Program-made: the position numbers and the translations under genes
In this document: piece by piece, positions 22,169-34,106 of the stretch
How positions within the stretch are numbered: the first letter of the stretch is position 1
How the letters are laid out: every line of letters starts with the position of its first letter
Notes under the pieces: generated by a model
What the model was told of the DNA's origin: nothing
The model's input: the letters and a program-made list of their open reading frames with translations, nothing else
The model's database searches: none
Assembly (NCBI GenBank): GCA_965238225.1
Contig: OZ250183.1
Location: forward strand, 1,632,001-1,696,000
Source: Gammaproteobacteria bacterium
GTDB taxonomy: Bacteria > Pseudomonadota > Gammaproteobacteria > Eutrophobiales > Eutrophobiaceae
Direction of reading: 5' to 3'
Length of the DNA stretch: 64,000 bases

Positions 22169-25100
22169 TGTAGTAACTCTGATGAATCAGTTGTGATGCT
22201 GTCCAGCTTGTAGTCATTAATCTCCTCTTGTCTGGGGAAGAACCATAAAAAGGTTGGTACAGTTTTCGTTTCATACCAGCCAGCCACCTGTACTTGATCA
22301 TTGGTTCCAGCGACGGTGATTAGTAAGTCTTTATCACTACGACTAAACCACAAGTCTTCTACTGATACATTGTCAAATTGTAATATATCATTACTCGTTG
22401 AGTAGTCCGTATCATAATTATTAATGCCTACATTATAATCCCCTCGGGAGAATAAGTAAGTATCACTGCCGTTACCTCCGCGCAGGTAATCCTGTCCTGT
22501 ACCACCACTTAAGATATCATTACCGTCCTCTCCAAACAAGGCATCGTCACCATTGCTTCCATGCAAGATGTCGTTACCAGCACCTCCGCGCAAATAATCG
22601 TCACCATTATCGCCATATAAGTAATCATTACCGTTGTCGCCGCTTAAGTGATCGTTACCGTTAAATCCGTATAGGGTATCTGTGCCGTTACCGCCATTTA
22701 AGTTATCGTTACCGTTAACTCCGTATAGGGTATCGTTACCGTCACCGCCATTTAAGTAATCGTTACCGTTACCGCCATTTAAGTTATCGTTACCGTCACC
22801 GCCGTACAGAGTATCGTTATTGTTTTGTCCATACAGGGTATCATTGCCGTTTTGTCCATACAGGGTATCGTAGCCGTCACCGCCGTATAGGGTATCGTTA
22901 TTGTTTTGTCCATACAGAGTATCATTGCCGTTTTGTCCAACCAAGGTATCGTTACCGGCACCGCCTTCAAGCACATCATCGCCGTTTTGTCCGTACAGCT
23001 TATCGTTGCCGTTACCGCCATTTAAGATATCGTTGCCGTTACCTCCATACAGTTTATCGTTACCACCAAGACCTTCCAATCGATCATCACCACTACCACC
23101 ATTGAGAATATTATCTGTATCGTCGCCTATCAATAATCTAGCACCATCAGCAAACTCAATTTGGTCTAATCGGTAATCATCACTTAGGAAGTGATTATAA
23201 ATCGTTATAGTTTCTGTTGTGTTATTAGTGCTACTTACTTGCAATAGAAGATGATTATCTGCGCGAGTTGTTTGAACATCTGTGGTAGCAATACCTTGTC
23301 CAAGTTGCAAGGTATCTGTGCTTACGCCTGTATCGTAATTATAAATGCTTGTATCACCGTCACCTAGAGAAAATAGATAAGTATCGTTACCGCTACCTCC
23401 AGTCAGGTAATCCTGTCCTGTACCACCACTTAAAATATCGTCACCAGCACCTCCCCACAAGAGGTCGTCACCACCGAGACCTTCTAACCGATCATTACCA
23501 TCGCCGCCAATGATGGTGTTATTATTCTCATTGCCTACAAATAATAAGGCAGCATCTATCTGTGTTGTTGTCCATACAGTGCCATCAGCAAACTCAATTC
23601 GGTCTAATTGGTGAAAATCATTCCAGAAGTGATCGTAAATCGTTATAGTTTCTGTTGTGTTGTTAGTACCACTTACTTGTAATAGAAGATCATTATCTAC
23701 GCGAGTTGTTTGAACATCTGTGGTAGCAATACCTTGTCCAAGTTGCAAGGTATCTGTGCTTACACTTGTATCGTAATTATAAATGGTTGTATTACCGTCA
23801 CCTAAAGAAAACAGATAGGTATCGTTACCCTTGCCTCCAACTAAGATATCATTACCGTTACCGCCGTTCAAGTAATCGTTGCCGTTACCGCCGCTTAAGT
23901 TATCGTTACCGTTACCGCCGTACAGGGTATCTGTGCCGTTTTGTCCATACAAGGTATCGTCACCACCAAGACCTTCTAATCGATCATTGCCATTACCACC
24001 ATTGAGAGTGTTATTGTTCTCATCGCCTACAAATAATAAGGCAGCGTCTATCTGTGTTGTTGTCCATACAGTGCCATCAGCAAACTCAATTCGGTCTAAT
24101 TGGTGAAAATCATTCCAGAAGTGATCGTAAATCGTTATAGTTTCTATCGTGTTATTAGGGCTGTTTACTTGTAATAGAAGATTATTGCCTACGCGAGTTG
24201 TTTGAACATCTGTGGTAGCAATACCTACTCCAAGTTGCAAGGTATCCGTGCTGTTGCTTGTATCAAAGTTATAAATGGTTGTATTACCGTCACCTAAAGA
24301 AAACAGATAAGTATCATTACCGCTACCTCCAATTAAGATATCGTTACCGTCACCGCCATTCAAGTAATCGTTACCGGCATTTCCAGACAAAGTATCGTTA
24401 CCGTCACCGCCATTCAAGTAATCGTTACCGGCATTTCCAGACAAAGTATCGTTACCGTCACCGCCGTACAGGGTATCTGTGCCGTTTTGTCCATACAAGG
24501 TATCGTCACCACCAAGACCTTCTAATCGATCATTACCATTACCACCATTGAGAGTGTTATTGTTCTCATCGCCTACAAATAATAAGGCAGCGTCTATCTG
24601 TGTTGTTGTCCATACAGTGCCATCAGCAAACTCAACTTGGTCTAATTGGTTATCATCATTTAGGAAGTGATTATAAATCGTTATAGTTTCTGTTGTGTTA
24701 TTAGTGCTACTTACTTGTAATAGAAGATTATTATCTACGCGAGTTGCCCGAACATCTGTGGTAGCAATACCTACTCCAAGTTGCAAGGTATCCGTGCTGT
24801 TGCTTGTATCAAGGTTATAAATGGTTGTATTACCGTCACCTAAAGAAAACAGATAAGTATCATTACCGCTACCACCAACCAAGGTATCGGCACCTATACC
24901 GCCACTTAGGGTATCGTTACCACTGCCGCCAATTAAGGAGTCGTTACCACCGAGACCTTCTAATCGATCATTGCCATTGCCACCATTGAGAGTGTTATCG
25001 TTCTCATCGCCTACAAATAATCTAGCACCATCAGCAAACTTAATTTGGTCTAATCGGTTATCATCACTTAGGAAGTGATTATAAATCGTTATAGTTTCTG

Positions 25101-28092
25101 TTGTGTTATTAGGGCTGTTTACTTGTAATAGAAGATTATTATCTGTGCGAGTTACTTGAATATCTGTGGTAACAATGCCTTGTCCAAGTTGCAAGGTATC
25201 TGTGCTTACGCCTGTATCGTAATTATAAATGCTTGTATCACCGTCACCTAGAGAAAATAGATAAGTATCGTTACCAGCACCTCCCCACAGGTAATCCTGT
25301 CCTGCACCACCACTCAAGACATCGTCACCGATACCTCCGTACAAGTAATCGTTACCGTTACCTCCATTTAAGGAATCATTGCCAGCATAGCCTTCCAGTA
25401 GATCATTACCACTACCACCATTGAGAGTGTCATCGTTCTCAGTACCTCTTAACGAGTTTGTTGGCAATGTCCATACAGCACCATCAGCAAACTCAACTTG
25501 GTCTAATCGGTAATCATCACTTAGGAAGTGATTATAAATCGTTATAGTTTCTGTTGTGTTATTAGGGCTGTTTACTTGTAATAGAAGATTATTATCTGTG
25601 CGAGCCATTTGAACATCCGTGGTGACAATGCCTGTTCCAAATTTCAAGGTATCTGTGCTTACGCCTGTATCGAGATTATAAATGGTTGTATCACCGTCAC
25701 CTTTGGAAAACAGATAAGTATCGTTACCGTTATTTCCAATCAGGAAATCTCCTGTACCTGTACCGCCGCTTAAGACATCGTCACCGTCACCGCCATTTAA
25801 GTAATCGTTACCGTTACCGCCGTATAGGGTATCGTTATTGTTACCGCCGTATAGGGTATCTGTGCCGTTTTGTCCGTACAGGGTATCATCACCGTTTTGT
25901 CCATACAGCTTATCGTTACCGTTACCGCCACTTAAGGTATCGTTACCGTTACCACCGTATAGGGTATCGTTATTGTTACCGCCGTATAGGGTATCGTTAT
26001 TGTTACCGCCGTATAGGGTATCGTTATTGTTACCGCCGTATAGGGTATCTGTGCCGTTTTGTCCATACAGGGTATCATTGCCGTCATTACCGTACAGGGT
26101 GTCGTTATCGTTACCACCGTATAGGGTATCTGTGCCACTACCGCCACTTAAGGTATCGTTGCCAGTCCAGCCGCCTAAGATATCGTTACCCGCACCGCCT
26201 TCAAGCACATCATCGCCGTTTTGTCCGTACAGCTTATCGTTGCCGTTACCTCCATACAGCTTATCGTTGCCGTTATTACCATTGAGAACGTTATCCGTAT
26301 CATCGCCTATCAACAATCCAGCACCATCAGCAAACTCAATTTTGTCTAATTGGTAAGTATTGTTTAGGAAGTGATTTTGAATCGTTATAGTTTCTGTTGT
26401 GTTATCAGCACCACTTACTTGTAGTAAAAGATTATTATCTGTGCGAGTTATTTGAACATCTGTAGTAGCAATACCTTGTCCAAGTTGCAAAGTATCCGTG
26501 CTGTTGCTTGTATCAAGGTTATGAATGGTTGTATTGCCATCACCCAAAGAAAACAGATAAGTATCATTACCGTTGCCTCCTCCTAGGTAATCCTGTCCTG
26601 CACCACCACTTAAGGTATCGTCACCTGCACCTCCCCACAAGACATCGTCATCCGCACCTCCATTCAAGGTATCGTTACCATTACTGCCGTATAGTGTATC
26701 TGTGCCATCACCACCGTATAGTGTATCTATGCCATCACCACCGTATAGTGTATCGTTGCCGTTACCTCCGTACAGGATATCGTTACCACCGAGACCTTCT
26801 AATCGATCATCACCACTACCACCAGTGAGAGTGTTATCTGTATCGTCTCCTATCAATAATCTAGCACCATCAGCAAACTTAATTTGGTCTAATCGGTTAT
26901 CATCACTTAGGAAGTGATCTAGAATCGTTATAGTCTCTGTCGTGTTATCAGAGCCACTTACTTGTAATAGAAGATCATTATCTACACGAGTTACTTGAAT
27001 ACCTGTGGTAACAATGCCTTGTCCAAGTTGCAAGGTATCTGTGCTGTTGCCTGTACTATAATTATAAATGCTTGTATCACCGTCACCTTGGGAAAACAGA
27101 TAAGTATCGTTACCAGCACCTCCCCACAGGTAATCCTGTCCTGCACCACCACTCAAGACATCGTCACCGATACCTCCATACAAGTAATCGTTATCGTTAC
27201 CTCCATACAAGGAGTCATTGCCCGCACCTCCATTTAAGATATCTGCGCCTGTACCGCCACTTAAGGTATCGTTACCGGAACCTCCATTCAAGTTATCGCT
27301 ACCGGTATTTCCATTTAAGATATCTGCGCCTGTACCGCCACCTAAGGTATCGTTACCGTCATTTCCATTCAAGGTATCGTTGCCGTTACCTCCGCTCAAG
27401 GTATCGTTGCCGTCACCGCCATTCAAGTAATCGTTACCGTCATTCCCATTTAAGGTATCGTTACCAGCAAGACCTTCTAATCGATCATTACCACTACCAC
27501 CATTGAGAGTGTTATTGTTCTCATCGCCTACAAATAATAAGGCAGCGTCTATCTGTGTTGCTGTCCATACAGTACCGTCAGCAAACTCAACTTGGTCTAA
27601 TTGGTAATCATCCCTTAGGAAGTACTTTTGAATCGTTATAGTTTCTGTTGTGTTATTAGGGCTGTTTACTTTTAATAGAAGATCATTGTTTACACGAGTT
27701 ACTTGAATATCTGTAGTAGCAATGCCTTGTCCAAGTTTCAAGGTACTTGTGCTTACACTTTGATCGTAACTATAAATGCCTGTATTGCCGTCACCTAAAG
27801 AAAACAGATAAGTATCGTTACCGCCACCGCCAGCCAAGGTATCGGCACCTATACCGCCACTTAGGGTATCGTTACCGTCATCTCCATATAGGAAATCGTT
27901 ACCGGCACCCCCGCTTAAGAAATCGTCACCGGCACCTCCATACAAAGTGTCGTTACCGGCACCCCCGTATAGAAAATCATCACCGTTTTGTCCATACAAG
28001 TAATCGTTGCCACCGAGGCCTTCTAATCGATCATTGCTACTATTGCCGCCAATGATGGTGTTATTGTTCTCGTCGCCTATATAAGTAGCCAT
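22039..28092 (-). CDS. RTX / haemolysin-type Ca2+-binding repeat protein, copy B (intact, 2017 aa), probable type I secreted adhesin or surface protein
   Basis: Blocks of GGxGNDxLx nonapeptides alternate with ten DTYLFSxGD modules, nine of them ending EFADG/KFADG (HCBP-related domain). C-terminal secretion-signal-like tail (DLWFSR...LVNAMAAY...LTETWQTA). No N-terminal signal peptide. Confidence 0.95.
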   Translation of the reverse strand: MATYIGDENNNTIIGGNSSNDRLEGLGGNDYLYGQNGDDFLYGGAGNDTLYGGAGDDFLSGGAGNDFLYGDDGNDTLSGGIGADTLAGGGGNDTYLFSLGDGNTGIYSYDQSVSTSTLKLGQGIATTDIQVTRVNNDLLLKVNSPNNTTETITIQKYFLRDDYQLDQVEFADGTVWTATQIDAALLFVGDENNNTLNGGSGNDRLEGLAGNDTLNGNDGNDYLNGGDGNDTLSGGNGNDTLNGNDGNDTLGGGTGADILNGNTGSDNLNGGSGNDTLSGGTGADILNGGAGNDSLYGGNDNDYLYGGIGDDVLSGGAGQDYLWGGAGNDTYLFSQGDGDTSIYNYSTGNSTDTLQLGQGIVTTGIQVTRVDNDLLLQVSGSDNTTETITILDHFLSDDNRLDQIKFADGARLLIGDDTDNTLTGGSGDDRLEGLGGNDILYGGNGNDTLYGGDGIDTLYGGDGTDTLYGSNGNDTLNGGADDDVLWGGAGDDTLSGGAGQDYLGGGNGNDTYLFSLGDGNTTIHNLDTSNSTDTLQLGQGIATTDVQITRTDNNLLLQVSGADNTTETITIQNHFLNNTYQLDKIEFADGAGLLIGDDTDNVLNGNNGNDKLYGGNGNDKLYGQNGDDVLEGGAGNDILGGWTGNDTLSGGSGTDTLYGGNDNDTLYGNDGNDTLYGQNGTDTLYGGNNNDTLYGGNNNDTLYGGNNNDTLYGGNGNDTLSGGNGNDKLYGQNGDDTLYGQNGTDTLYGGNNNDTLYGGNGNDYLNGGDGDDVLSGGTGTGDFLIGNNGNDTYLFSKGDGDTTIYNLDTGVSTDTLKFGTGIVTTDVQMARTDNNLLLQVNSPNNTTETITIYNHFLSDDYRLDQVEFADGAVWTLPTNSLRGTENDDTLNGGSGNDLLEGYAGNDSLNGGNGNDYLYGGIGDDVLSGGAGQDYLWGGAGNDTYLFSLGDGDTSIYNYDTGVSTDTLQLGQGIVTTDIQVTRTDNNLLLQVNSPNNTTETITIYNHFLSDDNRLDQIKFADGARLFVGDENDNTLNGGNGNDRLEGLGGNDSLIGGSGNDTLSGGIGADTLVGGSGNDTYLFSLGDGNTTIYNLDTSNSTDTLQLGVGIATTDVRATRVDNNLLLQVSSTNNTTETITIYNHFLNDDNQLDQVEFADGTVWTTTQIDAALLFVGDENNNTLNGGNGNDRLEGLGGDDTLYGQNGTDTLYGGDGNDTLSGNAGNDYLNGGDGNDTLSGNAGNDYLNGGDGNDILIGGSGNDTYLFSLGDGNTTIYNFDTSNSTDTLQLGVGIATTDVQTTRVGNNLLLQVNSPNNTIETITIYDHFWNDFHQLDRIEFADGTVWTTTQIDAALLFVGDENNNTLNGGNGNDRLEGLGGDDTLYGQNGTDTLYGGNGNDNLSGGNGNDYLNGGNGNDILVGGKGNDTYLFSLGDGNTTIYNYDTSVSTDTLQLGQGIATTDVQTTRVDNDLLLQVSGTNNTTETITIYDHFWNDFHQLDRIEFADGTVWTTTQIDAALLFVGNENNNTIIGGDGNDRLEGLGGDDLLWGGAGDDILSGGTGQDYLTGGSGNDTYLFSLGDGDTSIYNYDTGVSTDTLQLGQGIATTDVQTTRADNHLLLQVSSTNNTTETITIYNHFLSDDYRLDQIEFADGARLLIGDDTDNILNGGSGDDRLEGLGGNDKLYGGNGNDILNGGNGNDKLYGQNGDDVLEGGAGNDTLVGQNGNDTLYGQNNNDTLYGGDGYDTLYGQNGNDTLYGQNNNDTLYGGDGNDNLNGGNGNDYLNGGDGNDTLYGVNGNDNLNGGNGTDTLYGFNGNDHLSGDNGNDYLYGDNGDDYLRGGAGNDILHGSNGDDALFGEDGNDILSGGTGQDYLRGGNGSDTYLFSRGDYNVGINNYDTDYSTSNDILQFDNVSVEDLWFSRSDKDLLITVAGTNDQVQVAGWYETKTVPTFLWFFPRQEEINDYKLDSITTDSSELLQDDVYKLVNAMAAYDVPLGAGNVIAQDVADSLETVLTETWQTA

Positions 28093-28492
28093 AATAATAT
28101 TCCTGTTATTTATACGTTTTATAAAAGGTTGGTTATTTGTAAGTGTAATCTTTTTTAAATCTTCTTAACGTTACGGTACAACAATAGTGCTATACAGCGT
28201 TCAATCATTAGCCGATATCTTGTTTGCATTTTTGTTGTCAAAAAGGTATTTAAAGATAAATCCTGTCAATGTTTTGCGTATTTATCTGTGTTTAAGGCTA
28301 TATCCTTTAATGTACAACTTTTGCTATCACTAAATTGTGATACCCAAAGAAGATACCCTAAAAAAACGTTATACGAAAGTGGCAAATACATTAAATGTTG
28401 ATTTAGCTTTAGATACATAACATGCCTTATACAGGCATTACACTCCCTAACATTGGGGGTATGGTCAAAGATTGGTGAAAAAGTTCCACACC
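28087..28492 (-). repeat. Duplicated 5' leader/promoter of RTX copy B
   Basis: Near-identical to 21451-21860. Confidence 0.92.
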
Positions 28493-28855
28493 AGTTTGAT
28501 TTAGATTATGTTAAATCTAATTTATAAGGCGAAAGCTATATTTTATCGGTACTGTGTGAGGGTATTATGTTAAGTATTTTTGACCACAGACGGTCTGGTT
28601 TCGCAGCGCAGGGGGGGGCGAGAACGACTGTGACCAAGTTTACGGATGACCTTTAGGTGTATTTAAGTCTGTAAAATAGGAAACATATATGAAAAATCTC
28701 ATTGAATAAAGACGGTGTTGATTTTTAGTTAAAGTTTAAGATAAACCCTTATATTCACAAGGTTTACTATTCCACGATACAATAGATAGGATTTAAATAG
28801 ATAGGATTTAAATTAAAGACAGGACTAAATGTAGAATTAGAGGTTAATAAATAAT

Positions 28856-28883
28856 ATAAAGGGATCTATGTAGATCCCTTTAT
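28856..28883 (-). terminator. Hairpin terminator after RTX remnant C
   Basis: ATAAAGGGATCTA-tg-TAGATCCCTTTAT. Confidence 0.7.
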
Positions 28884-28940
28884 TGTTATTGTCTTAAACT
28901 TAAACCTTTTATTTCACTTAAATCTGCTGTGATTAAGCTA

Positions 28941-29283
28941 TTAGGCAGTTTGCCATGTTTCAGTCAATACTGTTTGCAAGCTATCAGCAACATCTTGTGC
29001 TATGACATTACCTGCACCAAGTGGTACATCATAAGCTGCCATGGCATTGACTAATTTGTAGACATCATCTCTTCATCAAATTGTAATATATCATTGACTC
29101 GCCGAGTTCGTATCGTAATTATTAATGCTTACTCTATAATCTCTCCGGGAAAACAAATAAGTATCACTGCCGTTACCTCCTTACCAGGTAATCCTGTCCT
29201 GCACCACCGCTAAGATGTCATTACCAGCACCTCCATACAAATCATCGCCACCGCGACCTCCCAGTTAAGATATCGTCGCCATT
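28941..29283 (-). pseudogene. RTX copy C remnant (C-terminal fragment with internal deletion)
   Basis: Stop and last ~43 codons match copy B (28941-29070). The sequence then jumps to the DILQFD / SDTYLFSR region and a few degraded nonapeptides. No 5' end. Confidence 0.85.
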
Positions 29284-29366
29284 CTAAATCTACTCTTTAC
29301 CATCAATTGTCCTCGACAATACATTTCGGGTATTATCGGGGCAGCCCCTAAAATAAACTCAATATC

Positions 29367-29819
29367 CTATAAAATAAACCTCAATCTTACCCTAAAACGT
29401 CTACATACAGTCTTAGGGATATTATCAGGGGTAAGTATAACTGGTATCTTGCGCTTGCCCTGCCCAAACATTAAAACAATCAAATGTGTATGCACGAATG
29501 ATTCTGGCAATAAAACAATAGGAACCATCTTGCTTTCTTTTTCATTGTCGATTGCATTGATGAGATACCACTCATTTTTATTATTCAGTAATAGCTCAGC
29601 AGAATTATTTTTTGGCAGATAAATTATTTTGTAATGCCAGTAAACAAGACTAAATAATACGATTAAACACATTGCCTGCAACAGGAGAAGCGGTATATTT
29701 GAAAAATAAATACAAACTAATGCACCAGAATGACTCAAAAAAACCACGGTTATCAACCATTTTGAAGGCACTAGTGGAAATCTTATAGGCAGTATAAAAT
29801 TTGAATCACCTGATGTCAT
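29367..29819 (-). CDS. YgfX (CptA)-like inner-membrane protein
   Basis: 150 aa. Two N-terminal TM spans (PSKWL...LSH) and C-terminal LTPDNI...RRFRVRLR resemble YgfX. Near sdhE/ygfZ. Confidence 0.6.
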   Translation of the reverse strand: MTSGDSNFILPIRFPLVPSKWLITVVFLSHSGALVCIYFSNIPLLLLQAMCLIVLFSLVYWHYKIIYLPKNNSAELLLNNKNEWYLINAIDNEKESKMVPIVLLPESFVHTHLIVLMFGQGKRKIPVILTPDNIPKTVCRRFRVRLRFIL

Positions 29820-30018
29820 TTGCCCTCCTTTAGAGAATTTAAATTTGATAAATTGCTGCGTTGCACATCCATCTTAAAAGTTTTTTGTAGTAAAAATATC
29901 TCAAGATTCGAATAGATTCTGGTACAATTTGTGGTTCGCTTGTGTCACCGCTTATTTTTAATTTAATTTTTGAAATACATATCAGCACAAACGTATACAG
30001 TATAAAAAATAAAAAAAC

Positions 30019-30240
30019 ATGGGTAAAAAAAATATCTCAGCAGAAGAAACTGAGAAAAAGAACGAATTGACGAATGAATCGACAAAGAATGTTGACAGTG
30101 ACGTTAACGGTGTTCATAAGAATTATACAATAAATCAGACAATATCTAAAAAACAAGCGAAAGAAATTGGTGGGCCGAAAGGCCTAGAACCAACGCGTTA
30201 TGGTGATTGGGAAAAACGTGGCCGCTGTATAGATTTTTAA
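30019..30240 (+). CDS. DUF1674 / SDHAF4 (Sdh8)-like succinate dehydrogenase assembly factor
   Basis: Signature C-terminus EIGGPKGLEPTRYGDWEKRGRCIDF. Confidence 0.92.
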   Translation: MGKKNISAEETEKKNELTNESTKNVDSDVNGVHKNYTINQTISKKQAKEIGGPKGLEPTRYGDWEKRGRCIDF

Positions 30241-30319
30241 ATATATGTTTTAAGTGCATAGTTTCAATGCACAGATTTCTGAAATTTTATTAAAAAAAGC
30301 AAGATGAGGTAACCACATT

Positions 30320-30709
30320 ATGGCAATGGATAATCGCCCGCTATCGCCACATTTACAAATCTATAAACCACAATTAACCTCAGTGTTATCTATTACACAC
30401 CGTGGAACGGGCATATTCTTGACAATAGGTGCATTTTTTCTGACCTTTTGGTTATTAGCACTTGCCAATGAGCCAGCATTCTTTACAAGACTACAAAGCC
30501 ACCTTGCGAGTTGGTATGGTCAGTGCTTGGTCTATGCCTTTGCGTTCTCTTTATATTTTCACTTATGCAACGGCATACGCCATTTGTTCTGGGATGTCGG
30601 TCTTGGACTTGATATTAATGTTTCCTACAAGACAGGCTACGCTGTAGTTGCAGCCTCGGTTATTTTTACACTCATAACGTTTTGTTTGGCTGCAGGAAAT
30701 GCGGCATGA
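30320..30709 (+). CDS. sdhC: Succinate dehydrogenase cytochrome b556 subunit
   Basis: RPLSPHLQIY, SITHRGTG, HLCNGIRHLFWD. Confidence 0.95.
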   Translation: MAMDNRPLSPHLQIYKPQLTSVLSITHRGTGIFLTIGAFFLTFWLLALANEPAFFTRLQSHLASWYGQCLVYAFAFSLYFHLCNGIRHLFWDVGLGLDINVSYKTGYAVVAASVIFTLITFCLAAGNAA

Positions 30710-31086
30710 GTTTGAGCACTCCCCTTGCTAAAGCCCGTGGTCTTGGCACAGCCAAGTCAGGTACACATCACTGGATAGCGCAAAGACTGACTGCAATTGC
30801 ACTTATCCCACTTAGCATCTGGTTTGTATTTTCGCTTGTCTGCATGACAGAACTTACTTATCAAGCAGCCATTGAATGGATTCGATCACCAATGGTAGCT
30901 ATATTTTTATTACTTTTTATCGTTGCCTTGTTTCATCATGCGCAACTCGGCATGCAAATTATCATTGAAGATTATATTGATTGCAAGGTAATTAAAATTA
31001 CAAAACTTATCCTACTTAAACTTATTTCATTTTTTGCAGGTTTAGCAGCTACGGTAGCCATTTTAAAAATTTACCTTGGGTCGTAA
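30706..31086 (+). CDS. sdhD: Succinate dehydrogenase hydrophobic anchor subunit
   Basis: GLGTAKSGTHHWIAQRLTA, HAQLGMQIIIEDY. ATG at 30706 overlaps the sdhC stop. Confidence 0.95.
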   Translation: MSLSTPLAKARGLGTAKSGTHHWIAQRLTAIALIPLSIWFVFSLVCMTELTYQAAIEWIRSPMVAIFLLLFIVALFHHAQLGMQIIIEDYIDCKVIKITKLILLKLISFFAGLAATVAILKIYLGS

Positions 31087-31095
31087 CCCTAAAAT

Positions 31096-32886
31096 ATGTC
31101 TAATCAATACGAAATCATTGAGCATGAATATGATGTAGTGATTGTCGGTGCTGGCGGTGCTGGCTTACGCGCAACCTTTGGTATGGCTGCCAAAGGACTA
31201 AAAACAGCCTGCCTAAGCAAAGTTTTTCCAACCAGAAGTCATACCGTTGCTGCACAAGGTGGCATGAGTGCGTCCCTTGGTAATATGGGTGAAGATGACT
31301 GGCGCTGGCATATGTACGATACCATCAAAGGATCAGACTGGCTGGGCGATCAAGATGCCATTGAATACATGTGTCGCGAAGCTGTACCTGCAGTGATTGA
31401 GTTAGAACATCAGGGCGTGCCTTTCTCAAGAACTGAGGAAGGAAAAATATACCAACGACCTTTTGGTGGCATGACCACCAACTACGGTGAGGGCATAGCA
31501 CAGCGAACCTGTGCAGCGGCCGATAGAACAGGGCACGCCATCCTCCACGCCTTATATCAGCAATCACTTAAACATGAAGCCGAATTCTTTGTCGAATATT
31601 TTGCCCTAGATCTAATTATGGATGATAACGGTGTCTGTCGCGGTGTGCTGGCATGGGATTTGGCTACTGGCAAGTTACATTCCTTCCGCGCGCATAGTGT
31701 CTGCCTAGCGACTGGTGGCTATGGCCGTTCTTATTTTTCATGTACTTCAGCACATACCTGTACAGGTGATGGTAATGCTATGGTGCTGCGTGCAGGGCTG
31801 CCTTTGCAGGACATGGAATTTATTCAGTTTCACCCAACTGGCATTTACGGTTCAGGCTGTTTGATTACCGAAGGCTGTCGTGGTGAAGGCGGTTATTTGA
31901 CCAACTCCGAAGGTGAGAGATTTATGGAACGCTATGCACCTTCTGCCAAAGATCTAGCTTCACGCGATGTGGTCAGTCGTTCTATGACTATAGAAATTCG
32001 CGAAGGACGCGGGGTTGGCCCAGAAAAAGATCATATCTTTTTGCATCTTGAACATCTAGGGCCAGAGATTATTAATGAACGTCTGCCGGGCATTGCCGAA
32101 TCCGCAAAAATATTTGCAGGCATCGATGTCAATAAAGAACCGATACCCGTTATTCCAACGGTGCATTATAATATGGGAGGTATCCCAACCAATTATCAAG
32201 GACAAGTTGTCACATTAAAGGGTGGCGATCCAGATACTATCGTTGGCGGTTTAATGGCTATAGGTGAATGTGCCTGCGTCTCTGTGCATGGGGCAAATCG
32301 ACTGGGTTCAAATTCACTACTAGATCTCATTGTCTTTGGCCGTGCAGCTGCCATTTATGCATCTGATAATATTAAACTGGGCACACTGCATAAAGAATTA
32401 CCGAAAGAAATAATAAACAAGCTGATTAAAAAATTTGATTACATAAGAAATGCTAATGGTTCAAGGCCAACCACTGATCTCAGGTTTGAGATGCAGAAAA
32501 TCATGCAAAACAATGCGGCGGTGTTCCGTACTGGCAATATAATGCAAGAAGGAATTGAATTACTCCAAAAAACTACATCATCTTTTGCAGATATTAAAAT
32601 AAATGATCGCTCTATGGTATGGAATACTGACTTAGTCGAAACACTGGAGCTTGAGAATCTTTTACAGTGTGCAACAGTGAGTATTGCTGGCGCTAAGAAT
32701 CGGCAAGAAAGTCGCGGTGGACATGCGCGAGAAGACTTCCCAGAACGCGATGATGAAAACTGGATGAAACATACCTTAACTTGGCTGGATGATAACTACA
32801 AAGCAACTTTCGACTACCGTCCCGTGCATATGTATACATTGACTGACGAAGTAGAAATATTTCCACCAAAAAAACGTGTCTATTAA
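31096..32886 (+). CDS. sdhA: Succinate dehydrogenase flavoprotein subunit
   Basis: [33 protein letters not shown]. Confidence 0.98.
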   Translation: MSNQYEIIEHEYDVVIVGAGGAGLRATFGMAAKGLKTACLSKVFPTRSHTVAAQGGMSASLGNMGEDDWRWHMYDTIKGSDWLGDQDAIEYMCREAVPAVIELEHQGVPFSRTEEGKIYQRPFGGMTTNYGEGIAQRTCAAADRTGHAILHALYQQSLKHEAEFFVEYFALDLIMDDNGVCRGVLAWDLATGKLHSFRAHSVCLATGGYGRSYFSCTSAHTCTGDGNAMVLRAGLPLQDMEFIQFHPTGIYGSGCLITEGCRGEGGYLTNSEGERFMERYAPSAKDLASRDVVSRSMTIEIREGRGVGPEKDHIFLHLEHLGPEIINERLPGIAESAKIFAGIDVNKEPIPVIPTVHYNMGGIPTNYQGQVVTLKGGDPDTIVGGLMAIGECACVSVHGANRLGSNSLLDLIVFGRAAAIYASDNIKLGTLHKELPKEIINKLIKKFDYIRNANGSRPTTDLRFEMQKIMQNNAAVFRTGNIMQEGIELLQKTTSSFADIKINDRSMVWNTDLVETLELENLLQCATVSIAGAKNRQESRGGHAREDFPERDDENWMKHTLTWLDDNYKATFDYRPVHMYTLTDEVEIFPPKKRVY

Positions 32887-33036
32887 TAAATAAGTGATAA
32901 AAATTATTAAAAAAATATTTGTTAAAGTGAAAAGTGAGATATTTCTTAATAAGAAATTTATAATAAAAAAAGATAGGTCTGCTTTCATCATAGAATATCA
33001 TAAGCATATGTTTCTCAACTTTAAGGAGTAAACCTG

Positions 33037-33819
33037 ATGGCTGAATTTACACTTCCAAAAAATTCAAAAATTAAGAAGGGGGAAACCATTGCCGCTGCAG
33101 GTGGTGCGAAAAATAAAAAATCTTTTCATATCTATCGTTGGGAGCCTGATTCCGGTAATAATCCAAGAATGGATACCTATGAAATCGATCTAGATAAATG
33201 TGGCCCGATGGTGCTTGATGCCATTATCTACATCAAAAATGAGCTAGACACCACCTTAACATTCCGTCGTTCATGCCGCGAAGGTATCTGTGGATCCTGT
33301 TCTATGAATATTGGCGGAACAAATACGCTGGCCTGCACAAAAGCCATTGGAGCCTATAAAGGCGACATCAAAATTTATCCATTGCCTCATCTGCCAGTGG
33401 TTAAGGATTTAGTGCCGGATCTAACAAATTTTTATGCACAATATGCTTCTATAAAACCTTGGATACAGACTCAATCACCGCCGCCGCCTGATCGTGAACG
33501 CTTGCAATCAAAAAAAGAACGTGCGGAGCTAGATGGACTTTATGAATGTATTCTCTGTGCTTGCTGCTCTACCAGTTGTCCGAGTTATTGGTGGAACAGT
33601 GATCGCTACTTAGGTCCAGCGACCTTGTTGCAGGCTTATCGCTGGATTGCGGATTCCCGTGACGAGAATACTGGTGAACGTCTGGATGAATTAGAAGATC
33701 CGTTCAGATTGTATCGTTGTCATACTATCATGAACTGTACAAGTACCTGTCCTAAAGGTTTGAATCCAGCCAAGGCAATCGGCAAAATTAAAAAGCTACT
33801 GGTTGAACGCTCTATATAA
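33037..33819 (+). CDS. sdhB: Succinate dehydrogenase iron-sulfur subunit
   Basis: [34 protein letters not shown]...CPKGLNP. Confidence 0.98.
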   Translation: MAEFTLPKNSKIKKGETIAAAGGAKNKKSFHIYRWEPDSGNNPRMDTYEIDLDKCGPMVLDAIIYIKNELDTTLTFRRSCREGICGSCSMNIGGTNTLACTKAIGAYKGDIKIYPLPHLPVVKDLVPDLTNFYAQYASIKPWIQTQSPPPPDRERLQSKKERAELDGLYECILCACCSTSCPSYWWNSDRYLGPATLLQAYRWIADSRDENTGERLDELEDPFRLYRCHTIMNCTSTCPKGLNPAKAIGKIKKLLVERSI

Positions 33820-33828
33820 AGTGCACTG

Positions 33829-34098
33829 ATGAGCCAACGCTCAAAAATATTTTGGCGCTGCCGACGGGGTATACGAGAGATGGATATTCTCTTGCAAAAC
33901 TATCTTGAGCTTCACTACAACACCTCGTCTGTCCATGATAAAGATACCTTTGAAGCGCTTCTTGATGAGGCTGATCTTGATATTCTTGCATGGATAACAG
34001 AGAAAACTTTTCCTGATAAAAAGTATGTTGGCATCATCGAAACTATTCGTGGTCTTGCAGAAACTGCAAAAATTTATCCAGATAACACTACATCCTGA
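33829..34098 (+). CDS. sdhE: FAD assembly factor SdhE (Sdh5/YgfY)
   Basis: WRCRRGIREMD (RGxxE motif), DLDILAW. Confidence 0.93.
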   Translation: MSQRSKIFWRCRRGIREMDILLQNYLELHYNTSSVHDKDTFEALLDEADLDILAWITEKTFPDKKYVGIIETIRGLAETAKIYPDNTTS

Positions 34099-34106
34099 TA
34101 ATAAAA

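Larger units (their letters stand above)
15785..29348. mobile_element. Putative non-autonomous IS1595/IS1016-like insertion cassette carrying RTX genes
   Basis: Left end GGGGCTGTCCC (15785). Right end reverse-complements to GGGGCTGCCCC (29348), a 10/11 match. Flanks TGAAATAA (15777-84) and TAAAATAA (29349-56). No transposase inside. Confidence 0.55.

Noticed and set aside
16600-28000. 27-nt periodicity resembling a CRISPR or other noncoding repeat array
   Set aside because: The units encode GGxGxDxLx nonapeptides, there are no unique spacers, and there are no cas genes.
16493-28055. Many plus-strand ORFs rich in YRYRHRR or PPYRVSL, up to 312 aa
   Set aside because: Antisense shadows of the 27-nt RTX repeats. 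Their periodicity is fully explained by the minus-strand genes.
29284-29337. Possible transposase C-terminal remnant inside the right inverted end
   Set aside because: Too short to support by eye. It needs BLASTX against IS1595 transposases.
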